Assembly: GCA_027064305.1 (NCBI GenBank) | Contig: JAMOPY010000024.1 | Location: 1 to 20,471 of the forward strand | Direction: 5' to 3' | Length of the DNA stretch: 20,471 bases | DNA from: Methanobacteriota archaeon | Lineage (GTDB): Archaea > JAADCQ01 > Methanopyri > Methanopyrales > Methanopyraceae | In this document: piece after piece, positions 7,650 to 15,986 of the stretch | Numbering within the stretch: position 1 is the stretch's first letter | Layout of the letters: every line of letters begins with the position of its first letter | The notes under the pieces: model-generated | Told to the model about the DNA's origin: nothing | Seen by the model: the letters and a program-made list of their open reading frames with translations, nothing else | The model's database searches: none | Program-made: the position numbers and the translations under genes

Positions 7650-7814
7650 GTGGGCCTCTTCTGGGGGTTTGACATCCCGATAATCCCGGGCCACGTTTAC
7701 CTGGTGGTAACCCCAGTGGACCCATCCCTCACCATCCTGAGCGTCCCGTTGGCGGTCATCACTTACAGGCTACTTAAGGGCACGTTCAAGCCTAAACGCG
7801 ACACCGAACGGTAA
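7650..7814 (+). CDS. Putative 54-aa membrane microprotein (not in ORF track)
   Basis: GTG...TAA frame MGLFWGFDIPIIPGHVYLVVTPVDPSLTILSVPLAVITYRLLKGTFKPKRDTER; G-rich SD-like run upstream; fills the gap between the kinase and the His-rich ORF. Confidence 0.4.
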   Translation: MGLFWGFDIPIIPGHVYLVVTPVDPSLTILSVPLAVITYRLLKGTFKPKRDTER

Positions 7815-7828
7815 GGAGGGCCGAGCTC

Positions 7829-8074
7829 ATGGGCTGGGTTTACCGCAAGAAGGTGGTCGTGTACCATCGTTACCACCCGGGTTACCACAAGAAGGTCGTC
7901 GTGCACCATTACTATCACCATCCGCTGCTCTCATGGGGCCACCACTGGACGCACTCCTCCCACCCGGTGGTGGTCGTGCACCACGGCCACGGGGTTCCGG
8001 TGATTCTCCCGATGGTCCTGCTGGGACTACTGCTCGCCCTGCTGCTCGCCTCGGCCCGCCTTACTTCCGAATGA
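7829..8074 (+). CDS. Small His-rich protein with C-terminal membrane anchor
   Basis: Strong SD AAGGAGG before the ATG; 14 His in the first 55 residues; internal KKVVV(Y/H)H repeat; C-terminal hydrophobic helix. Confidence 0.65.
   Translation: MGWVYRKKVVVYHRYHPGYHKKVVVHHYYHHPLLSWGHHWTHSSHPVVVVHHGHGVPVILPMVLLGLLLALLLASARLTSE
7841..7924 (+). repeat. Imperfect 42-bp tandem duplication inside the His-rich ORF
   Basis: taccgcaagaaggtggtcgtgtaccat... (7841) versus taccacaagaaggtcgtcgtgcaccat... (7883); a third degenerate copy gtggtcgtgcaccac near 7970. Confidence 0.65.
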
Positions 8075-8792
8075 ACCCCGCCAGCTTGTGCACCTGCGGG
8101 AGTATCCGGACCTCCGACCTCACCCTCCTCGCCAGCCTCCACAGCTCCCCCAGCCTGGGCTCCTTCTCACCGTCCGTGGCCGGCTGCAGGACGACGGTGT
8201 CCGGCTCCACCTCGTTCAGCCTCCGGAGGACCTCCGGGGCCCGCTCGTAGCACTCCTCGGAGTACAGCACCACCTTGACGTAGACCAGCTCACAGCGCTC
8301 CTTGACGCGCCCCAGGAACTCCAGGCATCGATCCGGAAATCCCTCCATCCGTGGACCGTGGGAGGGGAGTTTCACGTCCGCCGAGACGACGTCCACCGGC
8401 AGCTCCCCGGCGCGGTCCGGCAGGGACGCGTTCGTCTCCAGGAGCACCCGGAACCCTCGCTCGCGCAGCCCCGACGCCAGCCGCCTCAAACCGCGCAGCG
8501 GCTGCACCAGGGGCTCGCCGCCCGTGAGCGACACGGTGCGGAACGCGCCCACGCTCTCCTCCAGGCTGACCACGCTCTCGACGAGCCGCTCGGGCCGGGC
8601 CGGGCTGGCTATCGAGTCCAACCGCTCACCGTCCGGTCCGAGGACCGGGGCCTCGGTGCGCGCGCTCCTCGCGGCCGGCTCGTCGCAGTAGCGGCAGCGC
8701 AGGTTGCACCCGGAGAACCGGATGAAGGCCTGCGGCTCCCCAACCAGCGGCCCCTCTCCCTGGACCGAGGCGAAGATCTCGTACACGTTCAG
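8061..8792 (-). CDS. queE: 7-carboxy-7-deazaguanine synthase (radical SAM), archaeosine pathway
   Basis: [36 protein letters not shown]; adjacent to queD. Start uncertain (ATG 8828, CTG 8792 or GTG 8786). Confidence 0.88.
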   Translation of the reverse strand: MNVYEIFASVQGEGPLVGEPQAFIRFSGCNLRCRYCDEPAARSARTEAPVLGPDGERLDSIASPARPERLVESVVSLEESVGAFRTVSLTGGEPLVQPLRGLRRLASGLRERGFRVLLETNASLPDRAGELPVDVVSADVKLPSHGPRMEGFPDRCLEFLGRVKERCELVYVKVVLYSEECYERAPEVLRRLNEVEPDTVVLQPATDGEKEPRLGELWRLARRVRSEVRILPQVHKLAGFIRK

Positions 8793-9271
8793 TCGAGGCG
8801 GACCCGGGCCTCGGCCCCCTGCCCCCATCCCTCGTCCACCCTCACCCGCAGCTCCCGGAGGTTCTCCTCACCCTCCAACCGCTTCCGCAGCTCCCGTGCG
8901 AGGTACCGGGCCAGATCCTCGGCCGAGAGGGACTCCGCGGGGACGAACGCGACATCCTCCCGGGGGAACACGTACCGCTTGCCGTCCGGCAGCCTCACCT
9001 CCACCTCGTCGCCCCTCCGTCGGACCCGGAACCGCTCCGACTCCGTGGGTACCAGCACCCGGTGATCCAATGGCTTTATCAGCTCCCTGACGAGGCCCTT
9101 CAGCCTGTCGAAGTCGTAAACGAAGCCGTGGGGCTTCGTCCGGCTCCCTCGGAGCTCGACGGACACGTGGTACGTGTGCCCGTGCAGCCGCCCGCACTTG
9201 CCGTGCCCGGGGATCACGTGACAGGCCGAGAACCTCAGCCCCAGCTCCCGACCGTCCAGGTACACGCGCAA
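8789..9271 (-). CDS. queD: 6-carboxy-5,6,7,8-tetrahydropterin synthase / PTPS family
   Basis: FSACH...[16 protein letters not shown] and SAE motifs. Confidence 0.88.
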   Translation of the reverse strand: MRVYLDGRELGLRFSACHVIPGHGKCGRLHGHTYHVSVELRGSRTKPHGFVYDFDRLKGLVRELIKPLDHRVLVPTESERFRVRRRGDEVEVRLPDGKRYVFPREDVAFVPAESLSAEDLARYLARELRKRLEGEENLRELRVRVDEGWGQGAEARVRLD

Positions 9272-9283
9272 CCTCGGCTCCCC

Positions 9284-9343
9284 CGCCGATGATGATCAGC
9301 CGGAACTCCGACGCGGATGGGGAGCCCTGGCTTTACTGAGGTG
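9284..9343 (+). ncRNA. Box C/D methylation guide sRNA (candidate target 16S rRNA)
   Basis: C AUGAUGA 9289-9295; 12-nt guide; D' CCGA 9308-9311; C' GGAUGG 9315-9320; D CUGA 9336-9339; CGCC/GGUG terminal stem. D guide CCCUGGCUUU complements AAAGCCAGGG. Confidence 0.78.
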
Positions 9344-9347
9344 CGCC

Positions 9348-9410
9348 ACGGGGTCGGCGGTTAAGGCCCTCCTCACCCGTCGGCCACCGCCGTAGGTCCT
9401 CATCCCCCGC
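9348..9410 (-). ncRNA. Box C/D methylation guide sRNA (candidate target 23S rRNA)
   Basis: Minus strand reads GCGGGGG-AUGAGGA-CCUACGGCGGUGG-CCGA-CGG-GUGAGGA-GGGCCUUAACCG-CCGA-CCCCGU: four boxes, 13- and 12-nt guides, 6-bp terminal stem. Confidence 0.82.
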
Positions 9411-9423
9411 GGGGGTGGACACC

Positions 9424-11193
9424 GTGCCGGTGGTCACGATCCGTCACGACAAGCTCGTCGAGCTGCTGGGTGAGGACGTGAGCTTCGATGAACTAGCGCA
9501 CGAGCTGATCCCGATGCTGGGCAGCGACGTGGAGCGCATCGACGAGCGGGAGGGCGTGATCGAGACGGAGTTCTTCCCGAACCGCCCGGACCTGTACAGC
9601 GTCGAGGGCGTCGCCCGGGCGCTCAAAGGGTTTATGGGGCTGGAGACGGGCCTCCCGGACTACCCCGTCGGCGACGCCGGGATCCGCGCCCGCGTGGAGG
9701 AGAGCGTGCTGGACGAGCGACCCTGCCTCGCCCTCGCCGTCGTCCGCGGGGTCGAGCTGGACGAGTGGGACCTGGAGCACCTGATGGAGTTCCAGGAGCA
9801 CCTACACTGGGTCATCGGTCGAGACCGGCGCAAGGCGGCGATCGGCATCCACGACCTGGACGCCGTCGAGCCGCCCCTCCGGTACCTGGCGGTGGACCCG
9901 GACGACGAGGGCTGGGCCTTCGAACCGCTGGATCACCCGGGCGAGGAGATGACCCCGCGCGAGGTGCTCAAGCGGCACGAGAAAGGCCGGGAGTACGGGC
10001 ACCTCGTGGGCGAGCGGGTCCCGATCCTGGCGGACGAGGAGGGACCGATCTCCATGCCCCCGATCATCAACGCCGAACGCACCCGGGTCACGGAGGACAC
10101 GACCGACCTGCTGATCGACGTGACCGGCACCGGATGGCGCCCCGTCCTGGACGCCCTCCACGTGATCGCGTGCAACCTGGCCGAGCGCGGCGCCCGGATC
10201 GAGCGGGTGGAGATCGTCGGCGCGTACGAGCGCGTCACCCCGACGATGGAACTTGACGTGTGGGACGTGCCGGTGCGGGAGGCGCGGAGGCTGCTGGGGA
10301 TCGACCTCTCCGGCCGCGAGCTGGAGGAGCTCCTCGCCCGCGCCCGCCACGAGGCGGTGTTCGTCCCCGAGGGGGAGCGGGAGCTGCGGGAGTTCCCGCT
10401 GCCGGACCACCTCCACGTGGAGTCCGACTGGCGAGAGCTGCCCCCGGTCCTGTACGACGAGGACGTGGTCCGCGCCTTCGTGGGGCCCTGGAGGACCAAC
10501 ATCCTGCACGAGTGGGACCTGATCGAGGACGCGGGCATCATGTACAACTACGCGCGGTTCGAGCCCCGGCCCCCGCGGGTGTACACCGAGTCCCGACCCG
10601 ACCGGGAGCGCGAGTTCATCAACGTGGTCCGGGACGCGCTCGCCCGGCTCAAGTTCGTGGAGGTCAACTCGCTGACCCTGACCAGCCCGGAGGTGAACTA
10701 TCGCAGGATGCGGCTCGAACCCGACGGGCGGGCGGTGCGGATCGCCAACCCGATTCAGAAGGAGTACACGATCGTACGCACCTGGATCCTGCCCTCGCTG
10801 TTGCGTTTCCTCTCGGATAACCGGCACCGCCCCTACCCGCAGCGCGTGTTCGAGGTGGGCGAGGTGGCCGAGCGGGACGAGGGGGCGGAGACCGGGGCGC
10901 GCGACCGCTGGCACCTGGGCCTGGCGCTGGCCGGCCCGGGCGCGGGCTTCTCCGAGGTCAAGTCGGTGGTCGAGGCCCTGCTGCGCGAGCTCGACATCGA
11001 CGGGTGGGAGGTGCGGGAGGCCGATCACCCATCATTTATTAATGGGAGATGCGCCGAGGTTCTCGCGAGCGGACTGAAGCTGGGCTTCTTCGGCGAGATC
11101 CACCCGGAGGTGCTGGAGTCGTTCGAGCTGGAGGTGCCGGTTGCCGCCGGGGAGTTCGAGATCCCCGCCCTCAGAAGGGCGGCCGGGTGGTGA
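9424..11193 (+). CDS. pheT: Phenylalanine--tRNA ligase beta subunit (archaeal type)
   Basis: [21 protein letters not shown]...[34 protein letters not shown]. Start MPVVTI at GTG 9424 after GGGGGTGG. Confidence 0.96.
   Translation: MPVVTIRHDKLVELLGEDVSFDELAHELIPMLGSDVERIDEREGVIETEFFPNRPDLYSVEGVARALKGFMGLETGLPDYPVGDAGIRARVEESVLDERPCLALAVVRGVELDEWDLEHLMEFQEHLHWVIGRDRRKAAIGIHDLDAVEPPLRYLAVDPDDEGWAFEPLDHPGEEMTPREVLKRHEKGREYGHLVGERVPILADEEGPISMPPIINAERTRVTEDTTDLLIDVTGTGWRPVLDALHVIACNLAERGARIERVEIVGAYERVTPTMELDVWDVPVREARRLLGIDLSGRELEELLARARHEAVFVPEGERELREFPLPDHLHVESDWRELPPVLYDEDVVRAFVGPWRTNILHEWDLIEDAGIMYNYARFEPRPPRVYTESRPDREREFINVVRDALARLKFVEVNSLTLTSPEVNYRRMRLEPDGRAVRIANPIQKEYTIVRTWILPSLLRFLSDNRHRPYPQRVFEVGEVAERDEGAETGARDRWHLGLALAGPGAGFSEVKSVVEALLRELDIDGWEVREADHPSFINGRCAEVLASGLKLGFFGEIHPEVLESFELEVPVAAGEFEIPALRRAAGW
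11031..11043 (+). promoter_or_regulatory. Candidate TATA box embedded in the pheT 3' end (for the ftsZ operon)
   Basis: ATCATTTATTAAT, an AT-only core in GC-rich coding sequence about 160 bp upstream of the ftsZ start. Confidence 0.45.
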
Positions 11194-11200
11194 CCCCTCC

Positions 11201-12400
11201 TTGGAACAGATCGTCCGCTCGGCGCTGGAGCGCATGGAGGAGTCCAAGGGGGGAGACGCTCACCCCTCCACCGCCCGCGATCAACCCGAGGAGGATCAAG
11301 AGCTGATCGAGGTGCTGGAGGAGGCCCGCGCCCGGATCCTGGTGATCGGGGTGGGGGGCGCCGGGAACAACACGGCCACCCGGCTCAAGGAGGAGGGGAT
11401 CGAGGGCGCGGAGGTCGTCGCCGTGAACACGGACGCGCAGGACCTCGTCGCCTGCAAGGCGGACAGGAAGGTGCTGATCGGGTACGAGCTCACCCGCGGG
11501 CTCGGCGCGGGCGGGGATCCACGCATCGGTGAGGAGGCCGCCAAGGAGGACATCGACAAGATCAAGGAGGTGGTCGAGGGCGCGGACATGGTCTTCGTGA
11601 CCTGCGGCCTCGGGGGCGGGACCGGGACCGGGGCCGCCCCCGTCATCGCCGAGACCGCCCGCAAGAGCGGCGCCCTCACCATCGGCGTCGTCACTCTCCC
11701 CTTCTCCGTCGAGGGCCGCAAGCGCATCGAGAACGCGCTCGAAGGGTTGGAAAAACTCAAGCAGGTCGTGGATACGTGCATCGTGATCCCGAACGACCGC
11801 CTGCTGGAGATCGTGCCCGACCTCCCCATCGCCGCCGCGTTCAAGGTCGCGGACGAGGTCCTGATCAACGCGGTCAAGGGCATCACCGAGCTCATCACCA
11901 AGCCCGGCCTCATGAACCTGGACTTCGCGGACGTGAAGGCCGTGATGGAGGACGGCGGGCTCGCGCTCATCGGCATCGGGGAGGCGGAGAACGACTCCGA
12001 GTCCAACCGCTCGGTCAGGGCCGTCGAGAACGCCCTGAACAACCCGCTCATCGAAGTCGACGTGAGCGGGGCGACGGGCGCCCTCGTCAACATCGTGGGC
12101 GGGAAGGACCTCACCCTCAAGGAGGCCGAGGAGGTGGTGGAGCTCGTCGCCTCCGAGCTCGCGGAGGACGCGACCATCATCTGGGGCGCGCAGATCGACG
12201 AGGACCTGAACGACGTCCTCCGCGTGACGATCATCGTGACCGGGATCGAGGACGTGGACTTCCAGGACATGCTCCGGGTCCCCGCCACCAAGCGCCGCGA
12301 GGAGCGGGAGAGCGAGCCCTCACCGAGCGTAACGGAGGAAGGCGATCGGGAGGAAGAGGAGGAAGGCACCACGATCGACGACCTGGAGAAGATCCTGTAA
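11201..12400 (+). CDS. ftsZ: Cell division protein FtsZ (FtsZ1 type)
   Basis: [24 protein letters not shown] tubulin signature, NLDFAD. TTG 11201 follows GGTGGTGA; the 11141 start overlaps pheT and is unlikely. Confidence 0.97.
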   Translation: MEQIVRSALERMEESKGGDAHPSTARDQPEEDQELIEVLEEARARILVIGVGGAGNNTATRLKEEGIEGAEVVAVNTDAQDLVACKADRKVLIGYELTRGLGAGGDPRIGEEAAKEDIDKIKEVVEGADMVFVTCGLGGGTGTGAAPVIAETARKSGALTIGVVTLPFSVEGRKRIENALEGLEKLKQVVDTCIVIPNDRLLEIVPDLPIAAAFKVADEVLINAVKGITELITKPGLMNLDFADVKAVMEDGGLALIGIGEAENDSESNRSVRAVENALNNPLIEVDVSGATGALVNIVGGKDLTLKEAEEVVELVASELAEDATIIWGAQIDEDLNDVLRVTIIVTGIEDVDFQDMLRVPATKRREERESEPSPSVTEEGDREEEEEGTTIDDLEKIL

Positions 12401-12416
12401 CGGGGGGTGGCTCCCC

Positions 12417-12602
12417 GTGAGCGCCCTACGCGACCTCCTCGAGTTCCTCCGCGAGTGCCGGATGGTCCTGAAGGCCGCCCGCAAGCCCGACCGCGACGAG
12501 TACCTGGAGTCCGCCAAGATCGCGGGCGCGGGCATCCTCATCGTCGGGGGAATCGGCTTCACGATCCGCGTCATCGTCCAGCTGCTGCAGCTGTACTACT
12601 AG
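12417..12602 (+). CDS. secE: Protein translocase SecE / Sec61 gamma
   Basis: ARKPDRDEY...G..IVGGIGF single TM helix; conserved ftsZ-secE-spt5 order. Confidence 0.93.
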   Translation: MSALRDLLEFLRECRMVLKAARKPDRDEYLESAKIAGAGILIVGGIGFTIRVIVQLLQLYY

Positions 12603-12621
12603 ACCCGGAGGGGACGGAGCG

Positions 12622-13128
12622 TTGTCCGAGGAGCGGGAGGAAGAGACCGAGTCGAAGTTCTACGCCGTCCGCGTGCAGGCCGGTCGAGAGAAGAACGCCG
12701 CCGAGATGCTCGCGATGCGCGCCCGAAAGCGCATCAGGGAGGACAACGTGGACCTCGGACTCAAGGCCATCATCGCCCCGGACGACCTCCGCGGGTACTT
12801 CATCATCGAGGTGGAGGACCTCACCGACGAGCTCCGAGACCTCGTGTACGACCTACCCGACGCGCGCGGGATCGTGGAGAAGCCGATCGACTTCGAGGAG
12901 CTCGACCACTACTTCGCGCCGAAGCCCGAGGCCGTGGAGATCAGCGAGGGCGACGTCGTCGAGATCCTCTCCGGACCCTTCAAGGGCGAGAAGGCCCGCG
13001 TCGTGAGCGTCGACGAGTCCCGGGGAGAGATCACCGTCGAGCTCCTCGAGGCCCCCGTGCCCATCCCCGTAACGGTAAAAGTCGACTCCCTCCGGCTCCT
13101 GCGGGAAGAGGAGGAGTACGAGGAGTAA
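12622..13128 (+). CDS. spt5: Transcription elongation factor Spt5 (NusG)
   Basis: NGN domain (FYAVRVQAGRE, GYFIIE) and KOW motif (GDVVEILSGPFKGEKARV). Confidence 0.96.
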   Translation: MSEEREEETESKFYAVRVQAGREKNAAEMLAMRARKRIREDNVDLGLKAIIAPDDLRGYFIIEVEDLTDELRDLVYDLPDARGIVEKPIDFEELDHYFAPKPEAVEISEGDVVEILSGPFKGEKARVVSVDESRGEITVELLEAPVPIPVTVKVDSLRLLREEEEYEE

Positions 13129-13155
13129 TCACACCGGCTTGGGGGAACCAACCTA

Positions 13156-13662
13156 ATGGCCAAGGAAGAGGTTGAGGTGCTGATCGAGGGCGGCAAAGCG
13201 GACCCCGGACCACCCCTCGGCCCCGCGCTAGGACCGCTGGGAGTCAACATCCAGGAGGTGGTGGAGGAGATCAATAGAAAGACCAAGGATTTCGAGGGAA
13301 TGGAGGTACCGGTTAAGATCATCGTAGACACGGAAACGAAGGAGTTCGAGGTTAAGGTAGGATCACCACCGACGTCCGCAATCATCAAGAAGGAGCTTGG
13401 AATCGACAAGGGAGCCCACGAACCACGGCACGAAACCGTGGGCGACCTATCGATGGAGCAGGCGATCAAGATCGCCAAGATGAAGTTCGATGATCTGCTC
13501 TCGTACGACCTGAAAACCGCGGTCAAGGAGATCCTGGGTACCTGCGGCAGCATGGGCGTGACGGTGGAGGGTAAGGACCCCAAGGAGGTTCAAAAGGAGA
13601 TCGACGAGGGTAAGTGGGACGACCTGATCGAGAAGCACGAGCGGGAGCTGAAGGAGGAGTAG
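13156..13662 (+). CDS. rpl11: 50S ribosomal protein L11 (uL11)
   Basis: [32 protein letters not shown]. Confidence 0.98.
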   Translation: MAKEEVEVLIEGGKADPGPPLGPALGPLGVNIQEVVEEINRKTKDFEGMEVPVKIIVDTETKEFEVKVGSPPTSAIIKKELGIDKGAHEPRHETVGDLSMEQAIKIAKMKFDDLLSYDLKTAVKEILGTCGSMGVTVEGKDPKEVQKEIDEGKWDDLIEKHERELKEE

Positions 13663-13677
13663 GCCGGGTGGTGCGGG

Positions 13678-14322
13678 TTGCTGAGGAAGGAGGACCTGAT
13701 CGAGCCGCTGGAGAAGGTTGTGGAGTACTCCCCGCCGCGCCGCTTCCTGGAGTCCGTCGACATGATCATCAACGTCACCGGTGTCGACCTGTCCGACCCC
13801 TCCCAGCGCATCGACAAGGAGGTCGTCCTGCCCCACGGCCGCGGCAAGCCGGTGAAGGTCTGCGTGATCGCCGAGGGCGAGATGGCCCGGCAGGCCGAGG
13901 AGGCCGGCGCCACGGTCGTCACGCGGGAGGACCTGCAGCGGCTCGCCGAGAACAAGCGCGAGGCCAAGAAGCTGGCCCGCCGGCACGACTTCTTCTACGC
14001 CCAGGCCGACCTCATGCCCGAGGTCGGACGCGTGCTCGGACCCGTCCTGGGCCCGCGCGGCAAGATGGCCAAGCCGATCCCGCCCAACGCCGACGTCAAG
14101 GCTATCATCGAGCGCGCCCACCGCACGGCCCGCGTCAAGATGCGCGACCAGCCCGTCATCCACACCGTCATCGGCGCCCGCAACATGGAGCCCGAGCAGC
14201 TGGCCGAGAACGCCATGACGATCCTCAACGAGGTCGTCTCCGAGCTCGACAAGGGCTGGGCCCAGATCGACTCCGTCTTCGTGAAGACCACCATGGGCCC
14301 GTCCGAGCGCGTGTACCCGTAG
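13678..14322 (+). CDS. rpl1: 50S ribosomal protein L1 (uL1)
   Basis: RRFLESVD, LPHGRGK, LGPRGKM, KTTMGP. Confidence 0.98.
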   Translation: MLRKEDLIEPLEKVVEYSPPRRFLESVDMIINVTGVDLSDPSQRIDKEVVLPHGRGKPVKVCVIAEGEMARQAEEAGATVVTREDLQRLAENKREAKKLARRHDFFYAQADLMPEVGRVLGPVLGPRGKMAKPIPPNADVKAIIERAHRTARVKMRDQPVIHTVIGARNMEPEQLAENAMTILNEVVSELDKGWAQIDSVFVKTTMGPSERVYP

Positions 14323-14335
14323 GGGCGTGAGGACG

Positions 14336-15415
14336 ATGGCCGTGCAGTCCAAGGGCGAGCCGCCCGCCGGGTACGAGCCCAAGGTCGCGGAGTGGAAGCG
14401 CGAGGAGGTGAAGGAGCTCAAGCGGCTCATGGACGAGTACGAGAACGTCGGTATCGTCGACCTTGAGGGCCTACCGGCCCCCCAGCTCCAGGAGATCCGC
14501 GCCAAGCTCCGAGAGAACGACACCATCATCCGCATGTCCCGCAACACCCTGATGCGGATCGCCATCGAGGAGAAGCTCGACGAGCGACCGGAGCTCGAGC
14601 CGCTCCTGGACTACATCGAGGGCCCGGTCGCGTTCATCTTCACGAACCAGGACCCCTTCCGCCTCTACCGGATCCTGGAGGAGAGCAAGGCCTCCGCCCC
14701 CGCCAAGCCCGGCGACATCGCGCCTAAGGACATCGTCGTCCCCGAAGGACCCACCCCCTTCGAGCCCGGACCCATCGTCAGCGAGCTGCAGGAGGTCGGG
14801 CTCCCCGCCCAGATTCAGGACGGTAAGGTCGTCATCACCGAGGAGACCGTCATCGTCGAGGAGGGTGAGGAGATCGACGAGAAGACCGCCGAGATCCTCA
14901 AGAAGCTGGAGATCGAGCCCATGGAGGTCGGCGTCGACCTCGTCGCCATCGTCGCCGAGGGCACCCTCTTCGAGAAGGACGACCTGGCCATCGACATCGA
15001 GGAGTACGAGGAGCGAATCCGCGAGGCCGCCCAGCACGCGTTCAACCTCTCGATCAACGCGGCCATCCCGACCGCCGAGACGGCCGACCTGCTCGTCACC
15101 AAGGCCCACGTCGAGGCCCTGAACCTGGCCATCAACGCCGGCGTGCCCGTGCCCGACGAGGAGGTCATGGGCGCCATCCTGGCCCGCGCCCACGGGGAGA
15201 TGCTCGCCCTGGCCGGCGCCATCGCCGAGGTGGACGAGGAGGCGCTCAGCGACGAGCTGCTCGAGCGGCTGAAGGCCGCCCCCGCCGCCGCAGAAGAGGA
15301 AGAGGAGACCGAGGAAGAGGAGGAAGGGGAGGAGGCCGAAGAGGAGGAAGAGGAAGAGGAGGAAGGCGAGGAGGAAGAGGAGGCGGCGGCCGGCCTCGGA
15401 GCCCTGTTCGGGTAA
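14336..15415 (+). CDS. rpl10: 50S ribosomal protein L10/P0 (uL10)
   Basis: VAEWK, QLQEIR, SRNTL, GPT.F.PGP, poly-Glu hinge and C-terminal GLGALFG. Confidence 0.98.
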   Translation: MAVQSKGEPPAGYEPKVAEWKREEVKELKRLMDEYENVGIVDLEGLPAPQLQEIRAKLRENDTIIRMSRNTLMRIAIEEKLDERPELEPLLDYIEGPVAFIFTNQDPFRLYRILEESKASAPAKPGDIAPKDIVVPEGPTPFEPGPIVSELQEVGLPAQIQDGKVVITEETVIVEEGEEIDEKTAEILKKLEIEPMEVGVDLVAIVAEGTLFEKDDLAIDIEEYEERIREAAQHAFNLSINAAIPTAETADLLVTKAHVEALNLAINAGVPVPDEEVMGAILARAHGEMLALAGAIAEVDEEALSDELLERLKAAPAAAEEEEETEEEEEGEEAEEEEEEEEEGEEEEEAAAGLGALFG

Positions 15416-15431
15416 CCGGGGGCCACGCCCC

Positions 15432-15968
15432 CTGCCCCACAACGTCGCCCTCACCGGACGCCCCGGCGTCGGCAAAACCACCATTTGTCTCAAGGTTCGA
15501 AACGATTTGGAGGACCGCGGCCACACCGTCGGCGGCGTCTACTGCCCCGAGATCCGACGCGGCGGCCGCCGCGTCGGCTTCAAGATCGTCGACCTAACCG
15601 AGGGCGAGGAGTACCCGCTCGCGGAGGTGGGCGCACCCGGTCCACGCGTGGGCCGGTACGGCGTCTACGTCGAAAACCTCGAGCGCGCGGCCGACTCCAT
15701 CGAGCGCGCCGTCGAGGAGGCGGACCTCGTCATCGTGGACGAGGTCGGCCCCATGGAGCTCAAGTCCGACCGCTTCATCGAGGCCGTCGAGACCGCGGCC
15801 GACGCCGACACGCCCGCCCTGTTCGTCGTCCACGAACGCTCCCGACACCCCCTCGTGGTCGACCTCCGCGAGCGCCGCGACGACGTGAAACGCTACCGCG
15901 TCACCCCCGAGAACCGGGACCGACTCCCGGACCGGATCACCAGGCTGATTCTGTCCTGGCTCGAGTGA
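15432..15968 (+). CDS. Nucleoside-triphosphatase, THEP1/COG1618 family
   Basis: Walker A TGRPGVGKTT lies upstream of the first canonical start (TTG 15507), implying a CTG start at 15432; R.GF, VGRYGV and Walker B VIVDEVGPMEL. Confidence 0.88.
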   Translation: MPHNVALTGRPGVGKTTICLKVRNDLEDRGHTVGGVYCPEIRRGGRRVGFKIVDLTEGEEYPLAEVGAPGPRVGRYGVYVENLERAADSIERAVEEADLVIVDEVGPMELKSDRFIEAVETAADADTPALFVVHERSRHPLVVDLRERRDDVKRYRVTPENRDRLPDRITRLILSWLE

Positions 15969-15986
15969 GACGAAGCGGGTGATACC

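Noticed and set aside
7700-7762. Minus-strand GUGAUGA (perfect C box) at 7756-7762
   Set aside because: No convincing D' or D box at proper spacing and no terminal stem.
9358-9369. GGTTAAGG as a TATA box for pheT
   Set aside because: Weak TATA match and better explained as the guide of the minus-strand C/D sRNA; dual use is not excluded.
15293-15382. GAG/GAA purine-rich repeat
   Set aside because: Encodes the normal poly-Glu hinge of P0, not an independent repeat element.
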